A DNA stretch of 64,000 nucleotides, from NCBI GenBank assembly GCA_963763775.1, contig CAVXPZ010000004.1, positions 640,001 through 704,000 on the forward strand, given 5' to 3'. Source of the stretch: an uncultured Chloroflexia bacterium. Lineage in GTDB: Bacteria > Chloroflexota > Limnocylindria > Limnocylindrales > CSP1-4. Below the pieces are notes generated by a model. That model was not told the origin of the DNA and searched no databases. It worked only from the letters and a program-made list of their open reading frames with translations. Shown piece after piece: positions 32,368-42,268 of the stretch (the stretch's first letter is position 1; the number at the start of each line of letters is the position of its first letter). Made by a program: the position numbers and the translations under genes.

Positions 32368-35139
32368 TCAGGCTGCCGCGGGGGCCGCGGTTCCCGAGGA
32401 GGTGACAGCCGCGGCCTCGTCGACCGTGCTGATCTTGAGCAGCTTCCTGGCCTCTTCGACCACGATGATCGCCAGGGCGACGAGGAGGCAGATGGCCCAC
32501 TGGTCGGGCGACAGGCTCACCGTGCCCAGGAGCCGCTGAAGGACCCCGAGTTCGGTGGCCAGGATGATCGTCAGGACCGACAGGCCCGTCCCGATCAGGA
32601 GCGGGCGGTTCCCGAGGACGGATCCGCTGAACAGCGACTCGTCCACGTCCGCCGTCTCCAGCGAGGAGAAGAGTCGGAACAGGGCGAAGGTGGTCATCCC
32701 CATCGTGCGGGCGATCGTGTCGTCGTAGTTGGCACTTCCCCAGGCGAGCACGCCGAGCGTGCCGGCGGCCATCACCAACCCGCAGAACACGAGCCAGGTC
32801 AGGAGACGGCGGGGCATGATCTTCTGCGACTTGGGCCGCGGCGGGACCTCCATGAGTCCCTCGCGGGGCTTCCCGTAGCCGAGACCGAGGCCCTGGAAGA
32901 CGTTGACCGTGAAGTTGAGCCACAACGTCTGCAGCGGCAGGAACGGGATGCCGCCGACGATGTCGAAGATGGCCGACCCGAGGAACGTCGCGATGTATCC
33001 GAAGAGCCCCGCCATCTGGAACCGGATGAAGCGCAGCATGTTGTCGTAGACGGAGCGCCCGAGGCCGACCGCCTTCACGATCGTCGCGTAGTTGTCGTCG
33101 GTGAGGATCATCACCGCGGCCTGCTTGCTGACCTCCGTTCCGGTGATCCCCATCGCGATGCCGATGTCGGCCTTCTTGAGCGCCGGGGCGTCGTTCACGC
33201 CGTCGCCGGTCATCCCGACGACATGGCCCTTCTTCTTGAGGATGTCCACCAGGTGGACCTTGTCCTCGGGCGAGACGCGGGCGATGACGCCGATGCCGTC
33301 GATCTCGCGCATCGCCTCGTCATCGCTCATCGCCCGGAACTCGGCGCCGGTGATGGCCCGGCCCTCGATGCCGAGCTGGTGCGCGATCGCCCCGGCGGTG
33401 ACCGCATGGTCGCCGGTGATCATCCGGACCTGGATGCCGGCAGCGTGAGCACGCGCGATCGCATCCTTCGCCGCGGGTCGCGGCGGGTCGACGATGCCGA
33501 TCATGGCGAGGAGCGTGAGTCCGTCGATGGCGGGCAGCAGGTCGGCGTTGGGATCGAACGTCGCCGGGTCGAAGTCCTTCTGGCCGGTCGCCATGACCCG
33601 CAGGCCCTGGGTGCCGAGCCGCTCGTTCTCGGCGAGGAAGCCATCGCGGATCTGATCGAGCGGCACGGCTTTGCCGTCCGGGCCGTGGACGTCCTTCGCC
33701 CGCGCGAGGAGCTGGTCCGGTGCCCCCTTGATGTACGCGCGGATGACGTCCTTGCCATCCGCGTCCTTCATGGCGTGGAATGTCGCCATCATCTTGTAAG
33801 CGGCGTCGAACGGCAGGGTCGCCACCCGCGGGTACTGCTCCCGGGTCAGCGTGGGATCGACGCCGCCCTTGGCCGCCAGGACGACCAACGCGCCTTCCGT
33901 CGGGTCGCCGACGAGCGCGCCGTCGCGGACCTCGGCGTCGGCGCACAGCGCCATCGGCAGGAGGTAGGGCTCGAGCGGGAGGTCGGGCTGGCCGCCGGTG
34001 TGGGTGATCTGCCCGGTCGTCTGGTATCCGTCGCCGCTGATCGCGTACCGCCGCCCGACGATGGCCATCTGGACCGCCGTCATCTGGTTGAGCGTGAGGG
34101 TCCCGGTCTTGTCCGAGTTGAGCGCAGAGGTCGACCCCAGCGTCTCGACCGAGCGCAGACGCTTCATGATCGCCCCCGCCTCCGCGAGCGCCTGCGAACC
34201 CTTCGACAGGATGGCGGTGACGACCGCCGGGAGGGCCGTCGGGATCGCGGCCACGGCGAAGGCGACGGCGCTCAGGAACAGCTCCTGGAGCTGGACGCCA
34301 CGGTACAGGCCGAGCCCGACCGACACCGCGAGCGCAACGCCCGCGATGATCAGGATCTGGTTCGTCAGCGCGTCGAGCTGCTTGGTCAGCGGGGTCTTCT
34401 CGATCGTCGTCGACTGGAGCATCCCGCTGATATGGCCGACCTCGGTGGCCATGCCGGTGGTGACCACAAGGACCGTTCCGGCACCCCTCGTGACCTGGCA
34501 GTTCATGAACGCCATGTCCACCCGGTCGCCGAGCGCGGCGTCGGCGGCGACCACGTCGACCTGCTTGGGCGTGGGGACGCTCTCTCCGGTGAGGGCGGAC
34601 TCGTCGATCTCGAGGGTCGCCGCGGTCAGGATCCGCGCGTCCGCTGGGACGAGGTCGCCCGCCTCGATGTTGACGATGTCACCCGGGACGAGCTGGTCCA
34701 TCGGGATCTCGACGAGGTCGCCGTCGCGCCGCACCTTCGCCTTGACGACCATCATGCCCTGCAGGGCGGAGGCACTCGCTTCCGCCTTGCCCTCCTGGTT
34801 CATCGCCATCCAGGCGTTGAACACCGTCAAGAGGATCAGGAAGACGCCGGTGTAGAACTGGCCCGGCAGGAAGAGACAGACGGTGCCGGCGATCAGCAGC
34901 ACGATCTGCATCGGGTCGGCGTACTGCCGCGTGAACATCTGGAGCGGCGACGCCTTCTTGGCCTCGGCGAACGTGTTCTTGCCATAGGTCGCGCGCCGGG
35001 CGTCCGCCTCGGCCGAGGTCAGGCCGCTGGCAGGGTCGACCTTGAGGCGGCTGGCGGCATCCTCCGGGGACAGCGCGTACCACGCCACATCGGGCGCGGC
35101 CTGGACGGCGCCGGTGGACTGACCGGTGGCGGCGGTCAT
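32368..35139 (-). CDS. P-type ATPase, P2A-like scaffold with atypical membrane ion site
   Basis: TGES, DKTGT, GDPTE, KGAP, MITGD, TGDGVNDAPAL; about 10 TM segments; M4 reads IPTALP. Confidence 0.95.
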   Translation of the reverse strand: MTAATGQSTGAVQAAPDVAWYALSPEDAASRLKVDPASGLTSAEADARRATYGKNTFAEAKKASPLQMFTRQYADPMQIVLLIAGTVCLFLPGQFYTGVFLILLTVFNAWMAMNQEGKAEASASALQGMMVVKAKVRRDGDLVEIPMDQLVPGDIVNIEAGDLVPADARILTAATLEIDESALTGESVPTPKQVDVVAADAALGDRVDMAFMNCQVTRGAGTVLVVTTGMATEVGHISGMLQSTTIEKTPLTKQLDALTNQILIIAGVALAVSVGLGLYRGVQLQELFLSAVAFAVAAIPTALPAVVTAILSKGSQALAEAGAIMKRLRSVETLGSTSALNSDKTGTLTLNQMTAVQMAIVGRRYAISGDGYQTTGQITHTGGQPDLPLEPYLLPMALCADAEVRDGALVGDPTEGALVVLAAKGGVDPTLTREQYPRVATLPFDAAYKMMATFHAMKDADGKDVIRAYIKGAPDQLLARAKDVHGPDGKAVPLDQIRDGFLAENERLGTQGLRVMATGQKDFDPATFDPNADLLPAIDGLTLLAMIGIVDPPRPAAKDAIARAHAAGIQVRMITGDHAVTAGAIAHQLGIEGRAITGAEFRAMSDDEAMREIDGIGVIARVSPEDKVHLVDILKKKGHVVGMTGDGVNDAPALKKADIGIAMGITGTEVSKQAAVMILTDDNYATIVKAVGLGRSVYDNMLRFIRFQMAGLFGYIATFLGSAIFDIVGGIPFLPLQTLWLNFTVNVFQGLGLGYGKPREGLMEVPPRPKSQKIMPRRLLTWLVFCGLVMAAGTLGVLAWGSANYDDTIARTMGMTTFALFRLFSSLETADVDESLFSGSVLGNRPLLIGTGLSVLTIILATELGVLQRLLGTVSLSPDQWAICLLVALAIIVVEEARKLLKISTVDEAAAVTSSGTAAPAAA

Positions 35140-36113
35140 GCCTTCTTCCTCTTCTTCGACTTCTTCGCGGCCTTCTCGGCGAGCTCGGCCTCGATCGGAT
35201 CCGGCGCGGCGCCGGGAGGCGCCTGGCCTTCGAGCTCGACCTTCGCCGCCCCCAGCGCCTCCTTGGCCTCCTTGGAGACCTTCGGGAACTTCGGGTCGAT
35301 CTGGATCAGGGTGTGGGCCAGGACGGCTGCCGCCGCAACGCGAGCGAACGGCTTGTCATCCGCCGGGATCACGTACCACGGCGCCCACGGCGTGCTCGTA
35401 TTCGACAGCACCTCGCTGAAGGCCTTCTGGTAGTCGTCCCAGAACATCCGCTCCTTGGCGTCGTTCGCGCTGAACTTCCAGTTCCGGTCCGCCTCGTCGA
35501 TCCGGGTCAGGAACCGCCGGCGCTGCTCTTCCTTGCTCACGTTCAGGAACATCTTCGCGAACCGGTAGCCCTGGTCGGCGAGGTAGTGCTCCCAGTCGTT
35601 GATCTCCCGGAACCGGCGCTGCCAGATGCCGCGATCCTTGAGCTTGGGCGGGATCTTCTGCCCGGCCAGGATCTGCGGGTGCACGCGGACGACGAGGACC
35701 TCCTCGTAGTAGGAGCGGTTGAAGATCCCGATGTTGCCGCGCTCGGGGAGCCGCTTCTGGTACCGCCACAGGTAGTCGTGGTCGAGGTCCTCGCTCGAGG
35801 GGATCTTGAAGCTGCTGACCTGGACGCCCTGCGGGTTCACGCCGCTCATGACGTGCCGGATCGTGCCGTCCTTGCCCGCGGCGTCCATCGCCTGGAGCAC
35901 CACCAGCACGGCGAAGTCGTCCTGCGCGGCCAGTCGCATCTGGTACTCCGCGAGCATCTCCGTGCCCTGGGCGAGGATGGCCTTCGCCTCGGCCTTCGTC
36001 TGCTGTCGCGTGCCGGACGGGTCGAAGTCCTTGGGCAGCCGGACGCGACGGCCAGGCTCGACGCGGAATGGCTTGATGAAGTCGGCGATCCGCTTGGGTC
36101 CGATGGCAGGCAT
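35136..36113 (-). CDS. ppk2: Polyphosphate kinase 2 (class III-like)
   Basis: QAMDAAGKDG, VNPQG, FNRSYYEEVL, WKFS..D, APWYVIPADDK. Confidence 0.93.
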   Translation of the reverse strand: MPAIGPKRIADFIKPFRVEPGRRVRLPKDFDPSGTRQQTKAEAKAILAQGTEMLAEYQMRLAAQDDFAVLVVLQAMDAAGKDGTIRHVMSGVNPQGVQVSSFKIPSSEDLDHDYLWRYQKRLPERGNIGIFNRSYYEEVLVVRVHPQILAGQKIPPKLKDRGIWQRRFREINDWEHYLADQGYRFAKMFLNVSKEEQRRRFLTRIDEADRNWKFSANDAKERMFWDDYQKAFSEVLSNTSTPWAPWYVIPADDKPFARVAAAAVLAHTLIQIDPKFPKVSKEAKEALGAAKVELEGQAPPGAAPDPIEAELAEKAAKKSKKRKKA

Positions 36114-36251
36114 GGGGCAGGTCCTTTCGAACGACCCGCGAGCGCCGGATGTCGGCAGCGCTCCGGACGACAAAGGATATCGTCCGCACGGGGCGGCCGG
36201 CGCGGCAGATGCCGTTCGTCACCATCCGGGCCAGCTCGAACCACGGCCGCT

Positions 36252-36272
36252 TCATCCCGTGCGGGTGATGCG
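36252..36272 (+). promoter_or_regulatory. Candidate activator box TCATCC-N5-GGGTGA(TGCG)
   Basis: Imperfect palindrome in the divergent ppk2/DUF6325 intergenic region; resembles 48425-48444. Confidence 0.5.
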
Positions 36273-36374
36273 CCGCGACGTCGGGCGTGGTGGACTTGTC
36301 CGTGGATGTCGCTCTGAGCGGCTCGCTCGGCGAGCCGGGCCCGCGGCACCAATCACCGAACGGATGGAGACGCC

Positions 36375-36830
36375 ATGACCGACCGATCCATCGACGAGCT
36401 GGGGCCCGTCGACTTCCTGATCGTCGAGTTCCCCGTGGGATCACAGAACTTCACCGGCGAGGGCGCGGACGAACTCCTGCGGCTCCACGACGCCGGGATC
36501 ATCCGGATCATGGACATCCTCATCCTCCAGAAGGACGAGGACGGCTCGGTCGAGGCCATGGAGCTGTCCGACCTTGACGAGCTGGGCGAACTCTCGCGTC
36601 TCGAGGCGGAGCTCGCGCAGACGCTCGCCGAAGACGATGTCGAGCACCTGGCGGCCGCCATGGACCCGGGCAGCATCGCCGGCGTCCTCGTGTACGAGAA
36701 CCTGTGGGCCGCCCCGTTCGCCTCGGCCATGCGCCGGGCCGGCGGGCAGCTCATCGCCAACGGCCGGATCCCGATCCAGGCCCTCATCGCCGCCGTCGAG
36801 GCGGACGAGCTCGAAGCAGCAGGAGGCTGA
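36375..36830 (+). CDS. DUF6325-family protein
   Basis: LGPVDFLIVEFP, GIIRIMD, LVYENLWAAPF...RRAGG..IA.GRIP. Confidence 0.85.
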   Translation: MTDRSIDELGPVDFLIVEFPVGSQNFTGEGADELLRLHDAGIIRIMDILILQKDEDGSVEAMELSDLDELGELSRLEAELAQTLAEDDVEHLAAAMDPGSIAGVLVYENLWAAPFASAMRRAGGQLIANGRIPIQALIAAVEADELEAAGG

Positions 36831-36831
36831 C

Positions 36832-37038
36832 ATGCCACTCGGACCAGGTCGCCGCGGCGTCGGCGTCGTCGGCGCCCCCGTCGCCAAGACCGCCGCCGTC
36901 GTCGCGGTCGCCAAGCCCGGCCCGTCACCGGTCGCCAAGGCCGCCGTCGTCGGCGCGGCCGTGTCGCCAGGGCCGTCACCCGTCGCCAAGGCGGCCGTCG
37001 TCGGCGCCGTGGTCACCCCGGGTCGCCGGCGCTTCTAG
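36832..37038 (+). CDS. 68-aa basic/hydrophobic peptide with three 17-aa repeats
   Basis: RBS AGGAGG; ATG 1 nt after the upstream stop; repeat copies differ at synonymous positions. Confidence 0.75.
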   Translation: MPLGPGRRGVGVVGAPVAKTAAVVAVAKPGPSPVAKAAVVGAAVSPGPSPVAKAAVVGAVVTPGRRRF

Positions 37039-37052
37039 CCGCCATCGCGGAG

Positions 37053-37074
37053 GCGAGCCGACGCGTCGGCTCGC
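37053..37074. terminator. Perfect 22-nt palindrome after the peptide gene
   Basis: gcgagccgacg|cgtcggctcgc. Confidence 0.55.
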
Positions 37075-37094
37075 GCTCATGGCCCGGAGGGCCT

Positions 37095-37112
37095 ATCGGT
37101 CGGTCGACCGAT
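37095..37112. promoter_or_regulatory. Inverted repeat upstream of the STAND-LuxR gene
   Basis: ATCGGTCG-gt-CGACCGAT, 20 nt upstream of a -10-like TACACT (37133-37138). Confidence 0.55.
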
Positions 37113-37146
37113 GCCACGAAGACGCGCTTGCGTACACTCGCGGCAT

Positions 37147-40024
37147 ATGGATCCCACGACGCTCCTCCAGAGTCCCCTGCTGATCGGTCGCGACCAGCTG
37201 CTCGTGCTCGCCGACGACCGGCTCGAGAAGGCGGCCGCCGGGCACGGGCAGGTGCTGCTCCTGGCCGGGGAGGCGGGCATCGGCAAGACCCGCCTGCTCC
37301 ACGCGCTCCTGCGCAAGGCCGGGGCCGCGGGATTCATCATCAGCAAGGGCGACCTCGCCCCGCAGGACTCGCTCGTGCCGTTGGCGTCGATCCTGGACCA
37401 CGCCCGGACGATGCGCCAGATCCCGGCCTTCGGCACGCTCGGCGACGACCTGCTGGCCCTGCGCCGGGACCGTGGCGCCGATTCGCTCGCGTCGCGGCGG
37501 ATCCTCGTCCATGACATCGCGGGGCGGATCGTCAGCGCCGTGGACCGACCGACGTTGCTGGCCTTCGAGGACCTCCAGTGGGCCGACGAGCTGACCCTCG
37601 AGGTCATCGGGGAGCTCGCCCGACTCGCCCCGGAACGACCCCTCTTCCTGATCGGGGCGTACCGGCCGGATGAGCTCCGGGCCGACGCGATGCATCGCGA
37701 GTGGCGGGCGCGGCTGCTGAGCCAGCGTTTCGGCGAAGAGGCCGTCCTCGCACCATTGACGTACGACGAGACGGCCCTGGCCACGACCCTCATCCTGGGC
37801 ACGGGACTGCCCGCGTCGCGCGACGTCGTCAGTGCCATCTTCGAACGGTCCGATGGCGTGCCCCTCTATATCGAGGAACTGCTGGCCGCGCTCCGCGGTG
37901 CCACGGCGGACGGCCGGGCGATCCGGGACGCCAAGGTCCCGACCTCGATCGAGGACGCGATCATGGCGCGGGTCGGACGTCTGTCGGCCGACGCCCAGGT
38001 CGTGGGTCGAGCGGCCGCCGTGATCGGCCGGTGCTTCGTGCCGAGCGTCCTGGCCGGCATGCTGGATCGTCCCGTCTCCGACCTCGACGAGCCGCTCGAC
38101 GAGCTCACGCGGAACGCCTTCATCTTCACGTACGGCGAAGGCATCCTCGACTTCCGCCACCAGCTCATCCGCGATGCGCTGTACCGCAGCGTCCCGTCGA
38201 GCGAGCTGCGTCGCCTCCATGCTCGCGCCGGGGAGTTCGGGGCGCAGCTCGAGGGCGCGTCCGAGATCCATGCCTCCGCGCACTTCGAGCGGGCCGGTCT
38301 TCGCCCGCAGGCGTACCGTGCGGCCCTCGCGGGCGCCGACGCGGCGAGCGCCGTCTCGAGCCGGCATGAGGCGTTCGAGCTGTACGCCCGCGCTGTGGCC
38401 AACATCCCGGACGAGCTTTCCGCCCTCGATCGAGCCGCCTTGTACGACGCGTACTGCACCTCCGCGTTCGCCGTCGACGACGTCGAGATCGGGGTGACCT
38501 CGGCAAAGGAGGCCCGGCGCTACTACCTCGAGGCCGGGCGGCCGATCGAGGCCGCGATGGCGCTGGTGAGCCTGGCCGGGATGGGCCGCCGCGATGTCTG
38601 GCCACACGAGGAGCGCGTGCGACTCCTCGCCGAGGCGGAACACGACCTCGAGGACCTGCCCGAATCTCCCGAACGCATGGCCCTCCTGTCCGACATCCGC
38701 CTGTTCCAGGGGATCATCGAGCTCGAATTCGACCGCCCTCGAACCCGCCGCGGTGCTCTTCGGGGAAGCGCGCCGACTCTGGCTCGCGGCCGGCGAGACG
38801 GACACGACCGACTTCGAGTGGACCGCCGCCCAGGTCGACGTGCTGTCGGGGCGCATCGATGCCGGGCTCGAGACGATGCTGCGGCTGGCCCGGGAGTCCC
38901 GCGACGCGCGGCTCGAGAGCAGCGGCGTGACCGCGTACCGGACCGCGGCCGCGATCGCCGTGCGGGTCATGGCGTACCCAGCCGCGGAGATCGGCCTGCG
39001 CGAGGGACTTCGCTATGCCGACGAGATCGAGCAGTCCTACTGCCGACACGTGATGGCCGCGACGTCGGCCCACGTCGCGTGGGCGTCCGGCCGATGGGAC
39101 GAGGCAGTCCTGGCGGCTGAGCTCGAGCTTGTGGAGCGGGGCAGCCGGCGCGGGACGCTCGGGTCGCGCGACGCGCTCGGGTTCGTGGCGTTCGGCCGCG
39201 GTGAGGTCGACCGTGCCCGCGACCTGCTCGACGGGTCGCTCGCCGTCGCGCGCGACAGCGCCGAGGTGGAACTCGTGATGCCCGCCATGTGGGGCCTCGC
39301 CGAGACGGCGCTGATCGCCGGCGAGCCCGGCGTCGCGATCGAGCACGTCGAGGCAGCGGATGCCCTCGCCACGCGCACGGGCGAGCGGGCACTGCTCGTC
39401 CCGTTCGTCGTGACCGGCGTCCGGGCCTACCTCGCAGCGCGCCGCCCGGCGGACGCGGAACGTTGGGTCCAGAGCGTCGCCACGCACCTGACCGGCTGGG
39501 AGCGGGCCCGCCCCGCGCTCGACCATGCGGACGGGCTTCTCCGCCTGACGACGGGGTCGACGGTCTCGGCGCGCACCAGCCTCGAGGCGGCGGTCAGCGG
39601 CTGGGACGCGCTCGGGCGCACCTGGGAGAGCACCAACGCCCGGCTCGACCTCGCGTCATGCCTGATCCGCGGCAATCGCCACATGCATGCGATGCCGATC
39701 CTGACCGAGGTCCGTGCGATCGCCGAGGGCCTGCGGAGCCGCCCACTGCTCGAGCGGGTCGAGGAGTTGTCGAGCCTCGCCCGTCGACGCGGGGTCACCG
39801 AGGAGCCGTGGCACCCGCTGAGCGCCCGAGAGTTCGAGGTCGCGAGCCTCGTCGCCCAGGGCCAGACCAATGGCGAGATCGCCGAGGTCCTCGGGCTGTC
39901 GCCGAAGACCGTCAGCGCCCACCTCGAACACATCCTGGCGAAGCTCGGCGCCCTCCGGCGGGCCGAGGTGGCGGCGTGGGTGGCAACGGTGCGGACACCC
40001 GAAGGGGTCGGCGCCGGTCGCTGA
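37147..40024 (+). CDS. Large AAA/STAND ATPase-TPR-LuxR regulator; frameshift near 38735
   Basis: GEAGIGKT, FEDLQWAD, G.PLYIEE, FRHQLIRDALY; C-terminal LSAREFEV...G.TN.EIA..L..S.KTV..H...IL.KLG. Confidence 0.92.
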
Positions 40025-40045
40025 GCAGACCGATCCCGGCCCCGG

Positions 40046-40465
40046 CTACCTAGGTGCTGGGCCGTCGCGCTTGATCTTGCGCCAGCCGCCCGCGCGGTTG
40101 TTCGCGATGATCTGCCGGAACATCTCGGTCAGGGCACGCTCGTTGACGGTATCGTCGCGGCGGAAGGCCACCGTGCGGGCCGTCTGGTTGTCGTGGCCCG
40201 CGGTGATGATCCCCTCCGGGTCGGGCACGATCGCGCCGTCGTAGAGGAACACGTTGACGTGGTCCTTGGCAGCGAGCAGCGCGCAGACGTTCCCCTCGAG
40301 GACGAAGTACGGCTGGACGCTCCGCTTGATGGTCTCGACGACGTCGGGGTCTGCTTCGTGCACCAGGTCGCGGACGCGCTGGCCGATCGCCCGCTGCCAC
40401 GCGGGGAGCGCATCAAGGTAGGTGTCGACGCGGGCGTCCTTCGCGTACGGGACGGGCGCGCCCAC
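40046..40465 (-). CDS. DUF1801 (YdhG-like) protein
   Basis: VDTYLDALP.WQ..I...VR.LVH.ADP.V.ETIK...PYF. Confidence 0.85.
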   Translation of the reverse strand: MGAPVPYAKDARVDTYLDALPAWQRAIGQRVRDLVHEADPDVVETIKRSVQPYFVLEGNVCALLAAKDHVNVFLYDGAIVPDPEGIITAGHDNQTARTVAFRRDDTVNERALTEMFRQIIANNRAGGWRKIKRDGPAPR

Positions 40466-40481
40466 GGTCAGGTCGCGACGC

Positions 40482-41006
40482 TCAGCAACCCGCGCCACTC
40501 ATGGCGCCGGCGATGGCGCTCTGGTGGCCGAGGAAGTCGGCGACCGTGCCGATCTTCTGGTCGTAGGTGTCGATCGCGGCCTGGGTCACGGGCTCGGTGG
40601 CGAACAGCACCTGCGCGGCCTTGCCCGCCTCCTCGTAGAAGTCGATCGCGGCCTTCGGGTCCCCGAGCGGGGACGAGTAGCCGTCGAGCGCGTGCAGGTC
40701 GTGCATGCCGGCGAGGAACCGGTCCAGGTCCAGGTCGCCGATCTGCTTGGTCTTGATCGGTTCGACGGTCTCCGGGCTCCGGAGCTGGGCCAGAAGCTGC
40801 ACGGCCAGCAACTGGATGGCGGCGGTCTTGATCTTGGCGCAGTCGACCGAGCCGACGGCCGCGGGCGCGGAGGTGGCATCGGTGGCCGCCGACGCCTGGC
40901 CACCGGCCGGTGACGCCGCCGAGCCGGGACTCGCGTTGGCGCTGCCGCCTCCGCACGCCGCGAGGAGGAGGACCATCAGGAGCGGAAGGACGAGTCGGTT
41001 GCGCAT
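40482..41006 (-). CDS. Hypothetical lipoprotein
   Basis: Lipobox LLAAC, Ala/Ser linker, helical domain bounded by two Cys. Confidence 0.78.
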   Translation of the reverse strand: MRNRLVLPLLMVLLLAACGGGSANASPGSAASPAGGQASAATDATSAPAAVGSVDCAKIKTAAIQLLAVQLLAQLRSPETVEPIKTKQIGDLDLDRFLAGMHDLHALDGYSSPLGDPKAAIDFYEEAGKAAQVLFATEPVTQAAIDTYDQKIGTVADFLGHQSAIAGAMSGAGC

Positions 41007-41066
41007 AGCCGCATCGTATCGTCGGCGGGAGCGGCACGCGAGTCGGCGGACGGGCAGCCCAGACCG

Positions 41067-42131
41067 TCAGCGCGGACCGTCAGCCCGGACCGCGGCTGGC
41101 CCGGTCGAACCGCGGACGATCAGCCGCGTTTCGAGCCGGATCGGCCTGGTGGGTGGATCCCGTCCTTCGACGACGGACAGGAGCAGGCGCACGGCGCTCT
41201 CGCCTTTGAGGCGGATCGGCTGGTGCACCGTGGTCAGGGGCGGGTTCGTGTGCTGGGCGATGTCGATGTCGTCGAACCCGACGACCGACAGGTCGTCCGG
41301 GACGCCCAGCCCGAGCTCGCGCGCCGCCCGAAGCACCCCGATCGCGATGGCATCGGACATCGCGATCACGGCGGTCGGGCGACGGCCGTCCGCCCACGCT
41401 CGGCGAAATGCGGCGATGCCGCCGTCGATCGTGATCGGCGAGACGACGATCGCATCGTCCGGCATCTCGAGTCCGTGCGCGGCGAGCGCGGCGACGTGAC
41501 CACGCAGGCGACGGGGTACGACGCCATCGTCATGCGTCGGACTCCCGGTCGTCGACGGCTCGAAGGCGACGATGAGGATGTCGCGGTGGCCAAGGCCGAT
41601 CAGGTGCTCGGTCGCGGCCCGCGCGCCGCCCTCGTCGTCGACGACCACACTCGGCTGGTTCTCGAGACCGGTCGAGTCCACCATGACCAGCGGCACGGCT
41701 GCGGCGCGGATCTCCTCGATCTCCGGATGGTCGGCCGACAGCCCGATCGCCACGACCCCATCCACCGTCGCCCGATGCATGGCGCGGGCGAGCGACCCGT
41801 GGAGCGGGGAGATGAAGTGCAGGGCATACCCTTCGCGCTCGGCGGCGAGGGCGACGCCCTCCGAGAAGGCCCCGAAGAACGGGTTGGAGAAGATCACCGA
41901 GAGCGCCTGCGGCGTCAGGATGCCGAGGGAGTAGGTGCGTCGCTGGGTGAGCATCCGGGCGACCGGGTGCGGCCGATACCCCAGGGACTCGGCGACGATC
42001 CGGACCCGGTCGGCCGTCGCCGGCGCCAGGCGATCCGGACGGTTGAAGGCGAACGACACCGTCGTCTTGGAGACGCCGGCCTCGCGGGCGACGTCAGCGA
42101 TCCGGGGCCGTTGCGGGATCCGCTCCTCCAC
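41067..42131 (-). CDS. LacI-family regulator
   Basis: IADVAREAGVSKTTVS, LGYRP, VPDDLSVVGFDD, PPLTTVHQP. Confidence 0.95.
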   Translation of the reverse strand: MEERIPQRPRIADVAREAGVSKTTVSFAFNRPDRLAPATADRVRIVAESLGYRPHPVARMLTQRRTYSLGILTPQALSVIFSNPFFGAFSEGVALAAEREGYALHFISPLHGSLARAMHRATVDGVVAIGLSADHPEIEEIRAAAVPLVMVDSTGLENQPSVVVDDEGGARAATEHLIGLGHRDILIVAFEPSTTGSPTHDDGVVPRRLRGHVAALAAHGLEMPDDAIVVSPITIDGGIAAFRRAWADGRRPTAVIAMSDAIAIGVLRAARELGLGVPDDLSVVGFDDIDIAQHTNPPLTTVHQPIRLKGESAVRLLLSVVEGRDPPTRPIRLETRLIVRGSTGPAAVRADGPR

Positions 42132-42162
42132 GGTCTCCTCGATTCCGGGCCAGGGTCCTAGG

Positions 42163-42199
42163 CGCAAACCGGTTTACCAAGCGTCGGTGGCGGTGTCAA
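42163..42199 (-). promoter_or_regulatory. lacI-family promoter with overlapping operator
   Basis: TTGACA (42199-42194), 17 nt, extended -10 TG-g-TAAACC, overlapping the palindrome AAACCGGTTT (42166-42175), a typical CG-centred LacI operator. Confidence 0.78.
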
Positions 42200-42268
42200 T
42201 AGGGTTGTGCCGTCGTGCACCCTCGCACCGATTTCGGGTATCGGGATGCCGCCGCCATGCCATCGCCG

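Noticed and set aside
32050-35433. 1127-aa plus-strand ORF and other long antisense ORFs (e.g. 287-1429, 21754-23769, 23811-25919, 45626-47530)
   Set aside because: Antisense shadows of well-supported genes; stop codons are scarce in GC-rich DNA, and the translations show no motifs.
36832-37038. Classical RiPP gene cluster around the repeat peptide
   Set aside because: No modifying enzyme, protease or dedicated exporter is adjacent; kept only as an unexplained microprotein.
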